Made by a program: the position numbers and the translations under genes. Of a DNA stretch of 52,099 nt, positions 7,415 to 17,479 are shown in pieces. Below the pieces are notes generated by a model, which saw nothing but the letters and a program-made list of their open reading frames with translations, had not been told where the DNA came from and made no database searches. The stretch's first letter is position 1, and every line of letters begins with the position of its first letter. This DNA is from a virus (Duplodnaviria > Caudoviricetes), in IMG/VR virus record IMGVR_UViG_3300048858_000105, positions 1 to 52,099 of that record. One strand, written 5' to 3'.

Positions 7415-7564
7415 TCAGGCAGTCGGCGCGTCGGGCGTCTCGGCCTGCGCGCGCTCCTGCTCGTACGCTCGGAGCTGCGCGGTCAGCACCGCGTTCTGCA
7501 CGTTCGCCACCTGGAGCTGGTCCGCGAGCGCGTCGATGATGTGCTGCGCGTCGATCTGGATCAT
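7415..7564 (-). CDS. Small coiled-coil protein (49 aa)
   Basis: MIQIDAQHIIDALADQLQVANVQNAVLTAQL...; ATGA overlap with the upstream stop; not in the ORF track. Confidence 0.7.
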   Translation of the reverse strand: MIQIDAQHIIDALADQLQVANVQNAVLTAQLRAYEQERAQAETPDAPTA

Positions 7565-7716
7565 GCGGTCACGTCTCCTTCGTCGGCGAGCAGGGCATCT
7601 ACCTGCTCACGGGTGAGCCATCCGAGCCGGACGGCGCCTTCGAGATGGGCGGGGGTGAGCCCGTCGTGCTCGGGCTCACCCCACCTAGTGATGTACTGCC
7701 GGCCGAAGGGGTTCAC
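7561..7716 (-). CDS. XkdX-like small tail-associated protein (51 aa)
   Basis: AVRLGWLTREQVDALL resembles XkdX; GTGA coupling to the tail-fibre stop. Confidence 0.6.
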   Translation of the reverse strand: MNPFGRQYITRWGEPEHDGLTPAHLEGAVRLGWLTREQVDALLADEGDVTA

Positions 7717-10700
7717 AGCGTCTCCTCTCCGGGCTGCGCCGGCGGTGCGACCGGCTCGGGATCGGCGGCGGACGGTGGCGTGGGCTGCTGGCCCACGTCG
7801 GCCGGTTCCTGCGGGTAGGCGCCGAACGCGGTCACCTCGTCGAGCAGCGCAGTGTCGTCGTACGACGGCGACTCCGGCCATACCGTCAACGGCTGCCCCT
7901 CCACGGCCTCCACCCGGTTCACCAGATCCCGCAGGATCGGGAACAGCGCCAGCGCCACACGGTCGTAGGCGATGCCGGTGAGGTTGCCGTCCGTGTCGTA
8001 CGTGCACAGCTCCGGAGCGACCTGCTCCATCTCCTCCGCGACGGCGCCTGTGATCCGTCGCATCGGCTCCGCACCGCGACCCAGGACCGCGTCGATCATG
8101 GCCTGCTTGTCCAACCACGATCGGTACGTGACCTTCAGCAAATCGATGCCCGACGCCTCGTCGCGGACGTCGAGCTTCGACGCCTTCACCGAGGTCGACA
8201 TGGCGAGGTTGCCCTCGGTGCCGATGCGGATGTTCGCCGCGGCCGTCGTCGTCCGGCTGGTGACGCCGCCGAGGCGGACGAGCGGACCGTCCGTGAAGCT
8301 CTCCATCGAGGTGTACGCCCAGTTGGACGCCCCCTCGCTGCCGCCCCACACTCGCAGCCCCGCCGAGATGCCAGCGCCGGTCGCACGTTCGATGACGCCG
8401 AACCGGGCCGTGTGGCCGTACAGGTGGAACGCGCCGTCGTTGTGGACCTGCAGACCGTCCGTCGTCATGCGGGCCTGCACGACCCCGGCGGCGTCGGCGA
8501 GCACGTAGCCCAGGTGCGAGATCGACACTCGGTCGTATCCCTGCTCGTCCTTGAGGACGATGGTGGGCGTGTTCCCGTCTGCGCTCATCTGCATCGTCGC
8601 GCGCCACCGGTTCGACACGTCGTACATATCCAGCGCCGGCCCGGAGTACATCGTCATCCGAGCGCCCGTGTCGGCCGTTCGGATGTTGGTACCCACGAGC
8701 GTCCGGCCGGTGAGCGTGTTCGTCAGCAGGTCGTTCACGAACAGCTTGTCGACGAACGCCTGGTTCACCAGCAGCTTGTCGGCGGTGACCGCGTTGGCGA
8801 CGATCTTGTCGGTCGTGATCGCGTTGGCCGCGATCTTCGCCGCCCCGATCGACAGAGCGACGATCTTGTCCGCATGCAGCGTGTTCGCCGCGATCCGGTC
8901 GCCGTTGATGCTGTTCGCCGTCATCTTGTCGGTCGTCACCGCGCCAGCGGCGATCTTCGCCGCCTCCACCGCGTTCGCCGCGATCTTGCCCGCCGTGACC
9001 GCGTTGGCCGCGACCTGATCCGCCCCGATCGCATTGGCCGCGATCTGAGACGCGGTAATGCTGTTGGCGACGATCTTGTCGGCTGCGACCGTGTTGGCGG
9101 CCAGTCGGTCGCCGTTGATGCTGTTCGCCGTCATCTTGTCGGTCGTCACCGCGCCAGCGGCGATCTTCGCCGCGGTCACGGCGTTGGCGGCCAGCTTGTC
9201 CGCGACGATGGAAGCGGCACCGATCCGCCCGGCGTCGATACTCCCCGACGTGATCTTGCCCGCGTCGAGGTTGGCGATCACCTCGCTGGTGACCTTCCGC
9301 GTCGTCCACGCGGCCGACACCCCGACGCCCGTCTGCTCGAGCTGTGCGACGACCTCCCCCGAGGCGTTCACCTGGAACCAGATGGACCCCTGGGGTGCGG
9401 TAGTCGTGCCGGGCAGCGAAGTGGACGAGAACACGCCCGGCTTGATCGCCGCGACCGCTGCCGACTCCGACAGGGATAGCCCGGAGAACAGCTGCCGCGA
9501 CGTGCCGCCCGTGACGGAGTAGTTCGTGAGGATGACCACTCGAGCCTGCGATGTCGCGACCGGCCACGCGGTCGTTGCGGCGGTGGTGGTGTCGGTGTGG
9601 ATGCCGCGGTACGGCGTGGTCGCGGTGAACCGTGTCCACGCGGCGGGCGCGATGACGTTCGACATCCCCACGGCGTACATGTACTGGCCGCCGGAGGAGC
9701 CATTGGACACGGCGGTCCCAGCCGGGATGGCGGGGCCCGCCCACGGGACGCGGAGAGTGATGACGTTCCCGCTGATCGCGCCGTCGTCGTAGATGTTGGA
9801 GTAGAGGTTTCGCGAGTAGGTGCCCGGCGCCCACGCCTTGCCCTTGCCGTCGACGTAGTTCCACGCGAGCAGGGAGCGGTTGTAGGTCGCCGATCCCGCC
9901 GCGTTGTTCCACCCCGCGGCGGAGGCCAGCGTGATCTTCGTATCCCCAGGGTTGAGAGCCGCAGCGAGCGTGGTGCGGCTGCCGGCCTGCTCCATGTAAT
10001 GCGAGGGCAGGATCGCGAGGTTGTCCGCGTCGTACGGGCTGACGCCGAAGTAGAACCGAGACGTGACACCCGGATTCGCCTGCCTGACCCACATCGCGGC
10101 CAGCAACGGCTTGTCCGGGTCGACAGGAACGAACTCGTCGAGGGTCCGGACGTGCGGGACCTCGATGGTCGAGTAGTAGGCGCCCGCCGTCCCCGGAGGC
10201 TGATCCCCGCGCGCGAGCACGAACTGGCTGAAGTTGCGGTTCGTGTCGAGCGTGGCCGACCCGTTCGTGATGAGGTCGAGACCACGGGCCGCGATCGCGT
10301 CCGCCGTGCCGCGGGCCGACACGGCCAGCGCCTCCGCCGCGGCGATATCGCTTTGCGCGGCCGTGAGATCGTCGTTCAGGTCGGTGAGGTCGCCGTTGAG
10401 GCCGGTCATCGCGGTCTCGACGTTCGACACTCGACCCGTGAGGGCGTTGACGGCGTTCTGCGCGGCCACTGCCTTGGCGTCCGCGGTCGATGCCGCGCCC
10501 GCGGCGGCGTTGGCGGTGGACTGCGCAGCCGCGGCCTTCGCCTCGGCAGCTGCCTGCGCCGCGTCGGCCTTGTTCTTCGCGTCCAGAGCAGCCGCAGCGA
10601 CGGCGGCGGCCTGCGCTGCGTTTGCCTTGGCGGTCGCGTCGCCGGACGCCGCGGCCACGGCGGCAGCCGCTTCCGCTTCTGCCTTCGCCTTGGCGTAGGC

Positions 10701-11240
10701 CTCGGCGGCGGACTGGGCCGCAGCGGCCTTGGTCGTCGCGTCCGTCTTCGCCTCGCTGGCTGTGGTCGCAGCGGAGTCAGCGACGGTGCGCGCCTGGGCA
10801 GCGGCGCCCGTCGCCGCCTGGGCGGCGGACTGGGCCGTCTCCGCGAGCGACTGCGCCGCCGTGATGTCGCCCTGCGCCGCGGTCAGGTCGGCATCGAGGT
10901 TGGCGAGCGTGGTGTCCAGCGTCGCCAGGTCCGTGGCGAGCGCGGCGAGCTCGACCTGCGCGTCGGCGAGCTGGGCGTCGACCATCTCCATGGCCTCGTC
11001 CAGCAGCGCGTCGGCTTCGGCGAGCATGTCGCGCGTGGTCTCCCCGTCCGCGACGGTGGCGTCGAGGTCGTCCCGCAGGACCGTGACCTCGCCTGCCGCC
11101 GCGGCGCCCTGCTCGAGCGCGTCAGCGACCGGCACCGTCCCGATGGTGGAGCGCCCCAGCTGTGCCGTGCGAGAAACCGCGTCCAGGTTGCGTTCCAGCT
11201 GGACGATGGTCCGCGCGAGCCGATCGGTGTCCCTGGGCAC
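7713..11240 (-). CDS. Tail fibre / receptor-binding protein with a C-terminal S74-type intramolecular chaperone
   Basis: Ala-rich coiled coil, beta-rich domain, 10-aa (ANAVTADKIA-like) repeats, then S..K...GAVAEEM...IAYDRV. Confidence 0.9.
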   Translation of the reverse strand: MPRDTDRLARTIVQLERNLDAVSRTAQLGRSTIGTVPVADALEQGAAAAGEVTVLRDDLDATVADGETTRDMLAEADALLDEAMEMVDAQLADAQVELAALATDLATLDTTLANLDADLTAAQGDITAAQSLAETAQSAAQAATGAAAQARTVADSAATTASEAKTDATTKAAAAQSAAEAYAKAKAEAEAAAAVAAASGDATAKANAAQAAAVAAAALDAKNKADAAQAAAEAKAAAAQSTANAAAGAASTADAKAVAAQNAVNALTGRVSNVETAMTGLNGDLTDLNDDLTAAQSDIAAAEALAVSARGTADAIAARGLDLITNGSATLDTNRNFSQFVLARGDQPPGTAGAYYSTIEVPHVRTLDEFVPVDPDKPLLAAMWVRQANPGVTSRFYFGVSPYDADNLAILPSHYMEQAGSRTTLAAALNPGDTKITLASAAGWNNAAGSATYNRSLLAWNYVDGKGKAWAPGTYSRNLYSNIYDDGAISGNVITLRVPWAGPAIPAGTAVSNGSSGGQYMYAVGMSNVIAPAAWTRFTATTPYRGIHTDTTTAATTAWPVATSQARVVILTNYSVTGGTSRQLFSGLSLSESAAVAAIKPGVFSSTSLPGTTTAPQGSIWFQVNASGEVVAQLEQTGVGVSAAWTTRKVTSEVIANLDAGKITSGSIDAGRIGAASIVADKLAANAVTAAKIAAGAVTTDKMTANSINGDRLAANTVAADKIVANSITASQIAANAIGADQVAANAVTAGKIAANAVEAAKIAAGAVTTDKMTANSINGDRIAANTLHADKIVALSIGAAKIAANAITTDKIVANAVTADKLLVNQAFVDKLFVNDLLTNTLTGRTLVGTNIRTADTGARMTMYSGPALDMYDVSNRWRATMQMSADGNTPTIVLKDEQGYDRVSISHLGYVLADAAGVVQARMTTDGLQVHNDGAFHLYGHTARFGVIERATGAGISAGLRVWGGSEGASNWAYTSMESFTDGPLVRLGGVTSRTTTAAANIRIGTEGNLAMSTSVKASKLDVRDEASGIDLLKVTYRSWLDKQAMIDAVLGRGAEPMRRITGAVAEEMEQVAPELCTYDTDGNLTGIAYDRVALALFPILRDLVNRVEAVEGQPLTVWPESPSYDDTALLDEVTAFGAYPQEPADVGQQPTPPSAADPEPVAPPAQPGEETL
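8740..9270 (-). repeat. 30-nt coding repeats, including an identical 68-bp duplication
   Basis: 8896-8963 equals 9106-9173 exactly (offset 210 nt, or 7 repeat units). Confidence 0.9.
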
Positions 11241-11241
11241 A

Positions 11242-12684
11242 TCAGCCTCCGTACGTGAATGAATCCGACCTGGCGAGCGTGAGCTTTGCCGTGGTGTCGG
11301 TGAGCAGCTCCCACGCGATGACGCGGTGCCAGATCGACTGCTGGCCCCACCACGGCAGGTCCACCTCGACGCGGATATCGTCGCCGAGCTCCCACGAGCC
11401 GATCTCGGCGTGCGGGTGATCCTTGACCGTGATCGACGGGATCGTGAGCAGTTGCCGCGACCGTTCGAGCTCGGTGCGGATCACCGCGTCCATGCGGGTG
11501 CGGTTCTTGATGTCCTTCGCCGTCACGACGCGCGGCCGCCGGAGCCGCCCGTCGCGCAGCGCCGTCGTGCGACGCACCGACCCGGCGCCCTCTCCGGCAC
11601 CGATCCCGATGATCTCGTTCGCGAAGCCGTCGCCTTCACGCTCGGGACTGTCGAACGCCACGATGTTCACGCCCTGCTCGAACGACAGATCCGTGCGGCG
11701 TCGGCCGGCGCGGGGATAGTGGATCCGCAGCTCGTGCGCAATCGCCGTGTGGTCGTCATTCCAGGTGTGGTGCTCGGTGAAGTCGAACGGCGTCGTCTCC
11801 GCGAGCTCGGCGATCTCGCGGCCGAGGTCGGGACTGTCCCACCACTGCAGCAGGTACGCGCCACCGTCCTCGTTCTCCCGTTCCTTCCAGTCCGAGACCT
11901 TCTCCTTCGCCGCGTCGCGGTCCTCCTTGCGCTGATCGAGCACGTTCTTGGGCCCAACGAGTGCGGCCGTGGCGGCCTTGGAGACGGTCACCGCGGCGTC
12001 GTATGCGGTCTTCGCAGCGTTGTACGCGGCCTGCGCCGCGGCCACGCCGGTGCCCGCCTTCTTGGCTGCCGTGAGCGTCTTCTGCGCCGCCTGCTTGACC
12101 TTCAACGCGGCCTGCTTCTCCTTGTACCGCTGCTCCTTGATCTTGCGGACGTCGTCGTACGCCTTCTGCGCGACCTTCACGATCGCGTCGCGCTCCTTCA
12201 CCATCGCCTCGTAGAAGCGCACTTGGCGGGTGGATTCCGTGCCGATCCGGACAGTCGTGGAGCCGGTGACCTGCACGCCGAGGTCGGCGTCGCGGTGCGC
12301 CTGCACGTGGCCCCAGATGTCGCGTACGACGTCGGCCGGGTCGACCTTCTCCCGCAGGTACTCGTCGCCGTCGAACGGGATCCCGTGCGGGTAGGTCGTG
12401 AACCCGGCGCACTCGATCTCCCACTCCGAGCCGACGAGCTTCGAGGAGACGACGATGCCGCCCAGTCGAATGATGCCGTCCGCTTCGAGGTAGACGTACG
12501 ACCCCCACTCCTCGAGCAGGGACCGGTCGTCCTCGGCGATGCTGCCGCCGATCGCCGGTGCGAGCGAGCCGCTCAGCGCGTCCACGCCGGACAGCTCCCA
12601 CGCGCGCGTCTTCGGCCGAAGCGGGAGGTCCGTGTCCAGGAGCTGGCCCGTCAGGGCCCGCTGGACGATGTAGCGGTAGCTCAT
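11242..12684 (-). CDS. Minor tail protein (baseplate hub / Tal-like)
   Basis: Likely start MSYRYIVQR at 12684 (ATGA overlap); GIGAGEG...GSWELGDDIRV motifs; gene order. Confidence 0.85.
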   Translation of the reverse strand: MSYRYIVQRALTGQLLDTDLPLRPKTRAWELSGVDALSGSLAPAIGGSIAEDDRSLLEEWGSYVYLEADGIIRLGGIVVSSKLVGSEWEIECAGFTTYPHGIPFDGDEYLREKVDPADVVRDIWGHVQAHRDADLGVQVTGSTTVRIGTESTRQVRFYEAMVKERDAIVKVAQKAYDDVRKIKEQRYKEKQAALKVKQAAQKTLTAAKKAGTGVAAAQAAYNAAKTAYDAAVTVSKAATAALVGPKNVLDQRKEDRDAAKEKVSDWKERENEDGGAYLLQWWDSPDLGREIAELAETTPFDFTEHHTWNDDHTAIAHELRIHYPRAGRRRTDLSFEQGVNIVAFDSPEREGDGFANEIIGIGAGEGAGSVRRTTALRDGRLRRPRVVTAKDIKNRTRMDAVIRTELERSRQLLTIPSITVKDHPHAEIGSWELGDDIRVEVDLPWWGQQSIWHRVIAWELLTDTTAKLTLARSDSFTYGG

Positions 12685-13640
12685 ACCGGCACCTCGTAGA
12701 ACTGCACGTCGAACACGAGCGGCGCATCCGGCCGCGTGGACAGGTACCCACTGCCGGAGGTGCGGCGCCCCTGCAGCTTGATGACGCGGGGATCGCCGGT
12801 CTGCTTCGTGATCGGCGCGGTGCCGGCCACGAGGAGCGGCACGCGCTCGTTCCCGCTCGAGCCGACGTCGTAGTTGTAGCCCTGCTCGGCGACCATCTGC
12901 CCGCCGACGTACGCCCGGAAGTCGCCGCCCACGTTCGCGTTGAGCAGCGCGGCGAGCATCTCGATGCGCACCGCCGCGCGCGTCGCCCACTCCGGCACCA
13001 CCACAGACACGCCCCCGTTGGGCCAGTCGATGTAGCTGGACGAGGTGAGGTTCACCGCCGCCGACGGCAGCGCCGCGGTGACCACGACCCGCTCCGAGCG
13101 GGGACGGGCCAGCTTGCGCAGGTCCGTGATCATCGCCGCCGTGACCGTCCCGGTCGATGCAGGCAGCGTCACGCGCGCCAGCGTCACCGCCGAGCGGCCC
13201 TCGTAGCCGGCGACGTCCTGCAGCCGCGTCGTCCCGGCCGGCACGTTCGGGATCACGCGCGTGTAGATGTACGGGCCCACCGTCGGGTTCGCCGGGTCCT
13301 GCCACGGCTCACCGGGCATGTTCGGGTCTTCGACCTGCGCGACGATCAGGTCCGTGCGGCTTCCGCCCGACCCGGTCGCCGCGATCGTCACCTGGTCGAC
13401 CGTGGGGTTCCGGCCGACGTACGTCTGCTGCGCCCCGCCCGCGGCCCGGTTCAGGATCAGCGCGCCGCCTGCGAGGACGCGCACGCCACCACCGGGCACC
13501 GAGAGGGGTACGACCTTGAGGTCGCCCGACTCGACGATGCCCTCGGCACCCCCGGACAGCGCGTACGGCACCAGCCGCGCAACCTCGGGCGAGTGCTGAG
13601 CACCGCCGCCGACGAACCAGGGCACAGAATCCCACGTCAT
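12681..13640 (-). CDS. Minor tail protein
   Basis: MTWDSVPWFVGGGAQHSPEVAR...RTDLIVAQVEDP, an actinophage minor-tail pattern. Confidence 0.85.
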   Translation of the reverse strand: MTWDSVPWFVGGGAQHSPEVARLVPYALSGGAEGIVESGDLKVVPLSVPGGGVRVLAGGALILNRAAGGAQQTYVGRNPTVDQVTIAATGSGGSRTDLIVAQVEDPNMPGEPWQDPANPTVGPYIYTRVIPNVPAGTTRLQDVAGYEGRSAVTLARVTLPASTGTVTAAMITDLRKLARPRSERVVVTAALPSAAVNLTSSSYIDWPNGGVSVVVPEWATRAAVRIEMLAALLNANVGGDFRAYVGGQMVAEQGYNYDVGSSGNERVPLLVAGTAPITKQTGDPRVIKLQGRRTSGSGYLSTRPDAPLVFDVQFYEVPV

Positions 13641-13651
13641 GAGGGCTCCAA

Positions 13652-14518
13652 TCAGGGAGTGTGGAAGGCCGGCCGCCACGCGAGAGTCGCGGTCGGCGTG
13701 CCGTTGGAGGTACCGCGCAGCACGAACTCGTGCGCGCCGGGCGGGATGGCAGAGTCCTTGAGCCGCGTCGATCGGGGGGTGAGCCGGCCGGGTACGGCCG
13801 CTCCGTTGCGGAGGATCGTCCGGATCCACGGCCGAGCGTCGATGACCAGCACCTCGTCGTACGCGAGGGTGAGCCCCTGGAACTCCCAGCGGAACACTCC
13901 GAGCACCTCGATCACCGGGTTCGTGATCGGCCCCTGGACCGTCACGGTCGGCCATGTCGGCAGCCCGCCGCCGAGCGTCACGGCCTGCGACCGGTCCGAA
14001 GATGCCGTTGTCGACAGCGGAGCAGCGAGAGGAGCGACCAGGCCGCCTCCCGGAGGGGGCACCAGAGGCACGGTCACCGTCTGCTCTTCGCCGAACCACA
14101 GATCGGTGACCGTGGCGAAGTCGCACGTGACGCGCGAGACACCGAACCGGTCATCGTCGTCCGCGCTCGTGAACCGACGCGGCCTGCCGAACGTGACCTT
14201 GCCTCGGTCTGACCGAAGGGCCGCCACGGCGCCCGGGACGGAGCGAACAGCGTCGCCCCGCCACGCACGCCGCAGCGGCTCCATAATCGCCTTGACACCG
14301 TCTCGGTCCTGGGAGACGACGTCGATTTCGAAGGTGACCAGCGGCCCCTCGATGACATCGACGCCCATCAGCGTGCCGTCCTGAGACGGGACAGCGACGT
14401 CCTCGACGTCGATCCCGGGCGTGGCGATTGCAGGGGCGCTGGCGAAGCCCATGCCCGTCTCACGCGAGCCGAACACGAGCTCCACCCCCGGATACTCCAG
14501 CATCCATTCACCCGCCAC
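13652..14518 (-). CDS. Distal tail (Dit-like) protein
   Basis: Follows the tape measure gene; FGRPRR and GPITNP motifs. Confidence 0.8.
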   Translation of the reverse strand: MAGEWMLEYPGVELVFGSRETGMGFASAPAIATPGIDVEDVAVPSQDGTLMGVDVIEGPLVTFEIDVVSQDRDGVKAIMEPLRRAWRGDAVRSVPGAVAALRSDRGKVTFGRPRRFTSADDDDRFGVSRVTCDFATVTDLWFGEEQTVTVPLVPPPGGGLVAPLAAPLSTTASSDRSQAVTLGGGLPTWPTVTVQGPITNPVIEVLGVFRWEFQGLTLAYDEVLVIDARPWIRTILRNGAAVPGRLTPRSTRLKDSAIPPGAHEFVLRGTSNGTPTATLAWRPAFHTP

Positions 14519-17426
14519 TGCGTCCCCCTCTGCCGCCGCGCGCGTAGTGGCGCAGCTGGTGGTCGAGCTCGTTGAGGTCGTTCCGGATGTTCCCCGACGC
14601 CTGGAAGGTCACCTTCCCCACGAGCGGGCCTGCCTGAGCGGGGGCCGCTGCGACCGGAGCGGCGACCGCGGAAGCCGTCGCCGGCTGCCACGCGCCGAGG
14701 CGATAGCCGACCTCCTCCCAGATCCGCCGCGAGCGGTCCTGGTACTGCGGGTCCATCGTGATGTACGCCTCGTCGTGCCCCGCCTCGGCGAACCGGTGGA
14801 TCCCGCCGACGGTCGCGGGGTAGATCCCCGATGCCCACCCGCCCGCAGCGAAGTCCTTCGGCTTGCCGAGCTGGTAGTAGGCGCCGGCGGCGTGATCCGA
14901 CGAGACGACGCGGCCCTGGCCACTGATGCTTCGCAGCTCGATCGTCTCGAGCGTGATCCGCTTCACCGACGGGATGGAGTCCGCCCACCTCTTGAGGTTG
15001 GCGAGCTTCTGCGCCGCCGACTCCGCGCCGGTCACGGACACATCGACGCCACGGCTCTCCGGGATCGAGTGCGCCGCGGTGGCCACGTTCCGCAGCTGCC
15101 CCTCGACGTCCGACGTCGGTCCGTACATCTCGTCAGCCCACGCACGGGCCTGCTGCGGCGCGACGCCCATCGCAGTGAGCATCTCCACGACCCGCTCACG
15201 ACCTCGCCCGTAGGCAGACATCGCGTCCTCGACGGACCCGCCGTTCTCGATGATCGACACCGCCGAGTCCCGCGCGGTCTGGTCGATCTCCGCCATGACG
15301 TCGCGCAGGCCGATGGCCGCATTCGACGTGCCGCTCATCGCCTCCTGCGCGGAGCCGCCAGCGCCCACGAACTCATCGAGCGCCCCGACCGAGTCGTTCA
15401 GCACCTGGTTGAGGTTGTCCTGCGCCTCCTGAACGCCGTATGCCTCGGTCGTGAACTCGCGGATCGCGTCCTTCAGCGCGTCGATCTGCTCCTGCGCAGC
15501 CTCGGCAGACTCGCTGACCCCGTCGACGGCATTCGCCGCATCCTCCGATGCAGAAGCCGCATCCGACATGCCCGGCGTCAGGTACCCGAGCGCGATGTTC
15601 AGCAGCGTGGCGTCGTCCACAGCCATGCCGTTCGCGTTCGCGACGCCGAGGATGGCGTCCCGGTACGGGGACATCTCCTCGAGCAGCTGCTTCTGCTGTG
15701 CCCGGTTGAGCTCCTGGCTGGTCGCGAGCTGGCGGAACGCGTCCTGCGCCTGCTCCAGATCGCCACCGTTCGCGAGGTCCGCGTACGCCGACCCGAGACG
15801 CTTGATCGCGTCGTAGGAACGGTTCTGCTGGGTCGTCTGGGTGAGCATGGCGGTGAACCAGTTGTTCGACGCCTCCGCGCCGCGGTCCATCAGCCCGGGC
15901 AGATCCTTGAGACCGGTGAGCGCGTCCTCCGTGATGAAGGGCGCAATCTTGTTCTGGCCGACCGCGGCGCGCAGCTGCCCGGCGGCGTCCGCCGTGCCCT
16001 GCAGGGCGTTGACCAGCTCCTCCTGCGTCGGGATGCCGTTCTCGGAGACGGTGTTGTAGACCGACATCGCGAGCGCCGCAGCGGTGAAGGCAGCAGCGAC
16101 CGCGGGCAGATGCCGGGCCATGCCAGCGAGACCCGCTCGGGTGCCCGCGCCTGTCAGCCCGAGCGTCACCAGCGCCGCCTTGAACTCCGCGATCTGCGGC
16201 ACCGCGAGCAGCGCTGCACCACCCGCGAGACCGACGGCCGCGGCGATGACGGCGGCCGCCAGGACGGCCTGCTGGGCGCCGTCCGGCAGCTCATTGAAGC
16301 CGTCCGTCAGGGCCGTCAGCGACTGCACGAAGCCACGCAGCGGCCCGTTCGCGCCCTCCCCCATCGAGATGAGGGCGGTGTCGACCGCCCCGGTGAGCGC
16401 CTCCCAGTCGCCCTTGAGGTTGTCGAGACGCGTGGCCGCTGTGTCGGCCGCATAGCCCTGGTCGTTGACCGCGGCCGTCCAGTCGCGGATGCCAGCGGCG
16501 CCCTCCTTCATGAGGATGTTCGCGCCACGGATCGCGTCCTGACCGAAGATCATCGCGAGCGTCTGATCACGCTGCGCTTGCGTCATGCCGCCGAGAGACG
16601 CCTGCAGCTGGCCCGCCAGGTTCTCAAGTCCGACGAACTCGCCCGCGGCGTTGTACGCCTGGATACCCGTCTCCGCCATGAGGGCGGTGACTTCCTTCGT
16701 CGGGTTCGCCAGGCGCAGCAGCATCGTGCGCAGCGAGGTGCCCGCGTCGGAGCCCATCATGCCCGCGTTCGCGAACGCCGCGAGCGTGCCCACGGTGTCG
16801 TCGACGGACAGGCCGAACTGGTTCGCGACAAGGCCCGCCTGTGAGAGGGCCGCGCCGAGATCGGACATATCGCCCTGCGCCTTGCCAGCCCCCGCAGCGA
16901 GCAGGTCAGCGACGTGCGACGCCTGCCCGCCCTCGAGGTTGAACTGCGACAGCGTGGACGCCATGAGCTCGGCCGTCGCGGCGACCTCCATGCCGCCGGC
17001 CGACGCCGCGTCGAGGGCGCCGTCCAGCGCCCCACCGAGGATGTCCCGGGTCGAGACGCCCGCCTTCGACAGCTCCTCGATCGCCTGCGCCGCCTCGGTA
17101 GCGGAGTACACCGTCGATGCGCCGGCCTCCATAGCCGCGTCGCGCAGCAGCGCCATGTTGGCGGCGGTCTCGTGCGTGGCCGCCTGCACGTACGACATCT
17201 GCTGGTCGAACTCGGCGAACTTCGACACGGCCATGCCGACGCCGATGCCGACCGCCGCACCGAAGCCGACCGCGGCCGTGCCGAGGGTGTTGAACGCCTC
17301 ACGCCGCTGCGCGAGCTTCTCGATCTCCGAGCCGGTCTCCCGCGTCTTGCGGTGCACCTGCTCCATGCCCTGCATGTAGCCAGTGGCCTGCAGCAGCAGG
17401 GAGACCTTGACGGTGCGGTCGGTCAT
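14508..17426 (-). CDS. Tape measure protein (TP901-family core)
   Basis: Ala-rich, about 972 aa; YSATEAAQAIEELSKAG and GSDAGTSLRTML motifs; RBS GGAGGT. Confidence 0.95.
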   Translation of the reverse strand: MTDRTVKVSLLLQATGYMQGMEQVHRKTRETGSEIEKLAQRREAFNTLGTAAVGFGAAVGIGVGMAVSKFAEFDQQMSYVQAATHETAANMALLRDAAMEAGASTVYSATEAAQAIEELSKAGVSTRDILGGALDGALDAASAGGMEVAATAELMASTLSQFNLEGGQASHVADLLAAGAGKAQGDMSDLGAALSQAGLVANQFGLSVDDTVGTLAAFANAGMMGSDAGTSLRTMLLRLANPTKEVTALMAETGIQAYNAAGEFVGLENLAGQLQASLGGMTQAQRDQTLAMIFGQDAIRGANILMKEGAAGIRDWTAAVNDQGYAADTAATRLDNLKGDWEALTGAVDTALISMGEGANGPLRGFVQSLTALTDGFNELPDGAQQAVLAAAVIAAAVGLAGGAALLAVPQIAEFKAALVTLGLTGAGTRAGLAGMARHLPAVAAAFTAAALAMSVYNTVSENGIPTQEELVNALQGTADAAGQLRAAVGQNKIAPFITEDALTGLKDLPGLMDRGAEASNNWFTAMLTQTTQQNRSYDAIKRLGSAYADLANGGDLEQAQDAFRQLATSQELNRAQQKQLLEEMSPYRDAILGVANANGMAVDDATLLNIALGYLTPGMSDAASASEDAANAVDGVSESAEAAQEQIDALKDAIREFTTEAYGVQEAQDNLNQVLNDSVGALDEFVGAGGSAQEAMSGTSNAAIGLRDVMAEIDQTARDSAVSIIENGGSVEDAMSAYGRGRERVVEMLTAMGVAPQQARAWADEMYGPTSDVEGQLRNVATAAHSIPESRGVDVSVTGAESAAQKLANLKRWADSIPSVKRITLETIELRSISGQGRVVSSDHAAGAYYQLGKPKDFAAGGWASGIYPATVGGIHRFAEAGHDEAYITMDPQYQDRSRRIWEEVGYRLGAWQPATASAVAAPVAAAPAQAGPLVGKVTFQASGNIRNDLNELDHQLRHYARGGRGGRSGG

Positions 17427-17479
17427 GAGCACCTCCAGGCACGCGGAAGCCGCGCTCAGATCGGCGCTATGGTGAGCGC

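Noticed and set aside
8740-9270. CRISPR array or diversity-generating retroelement TR/VR pair
   Set aside because: The repeats are in-frame coding units without unique spacers. The 68-bp copies are identical rather than adenine-variable, and no reverse transcriptase or cas gene is present.
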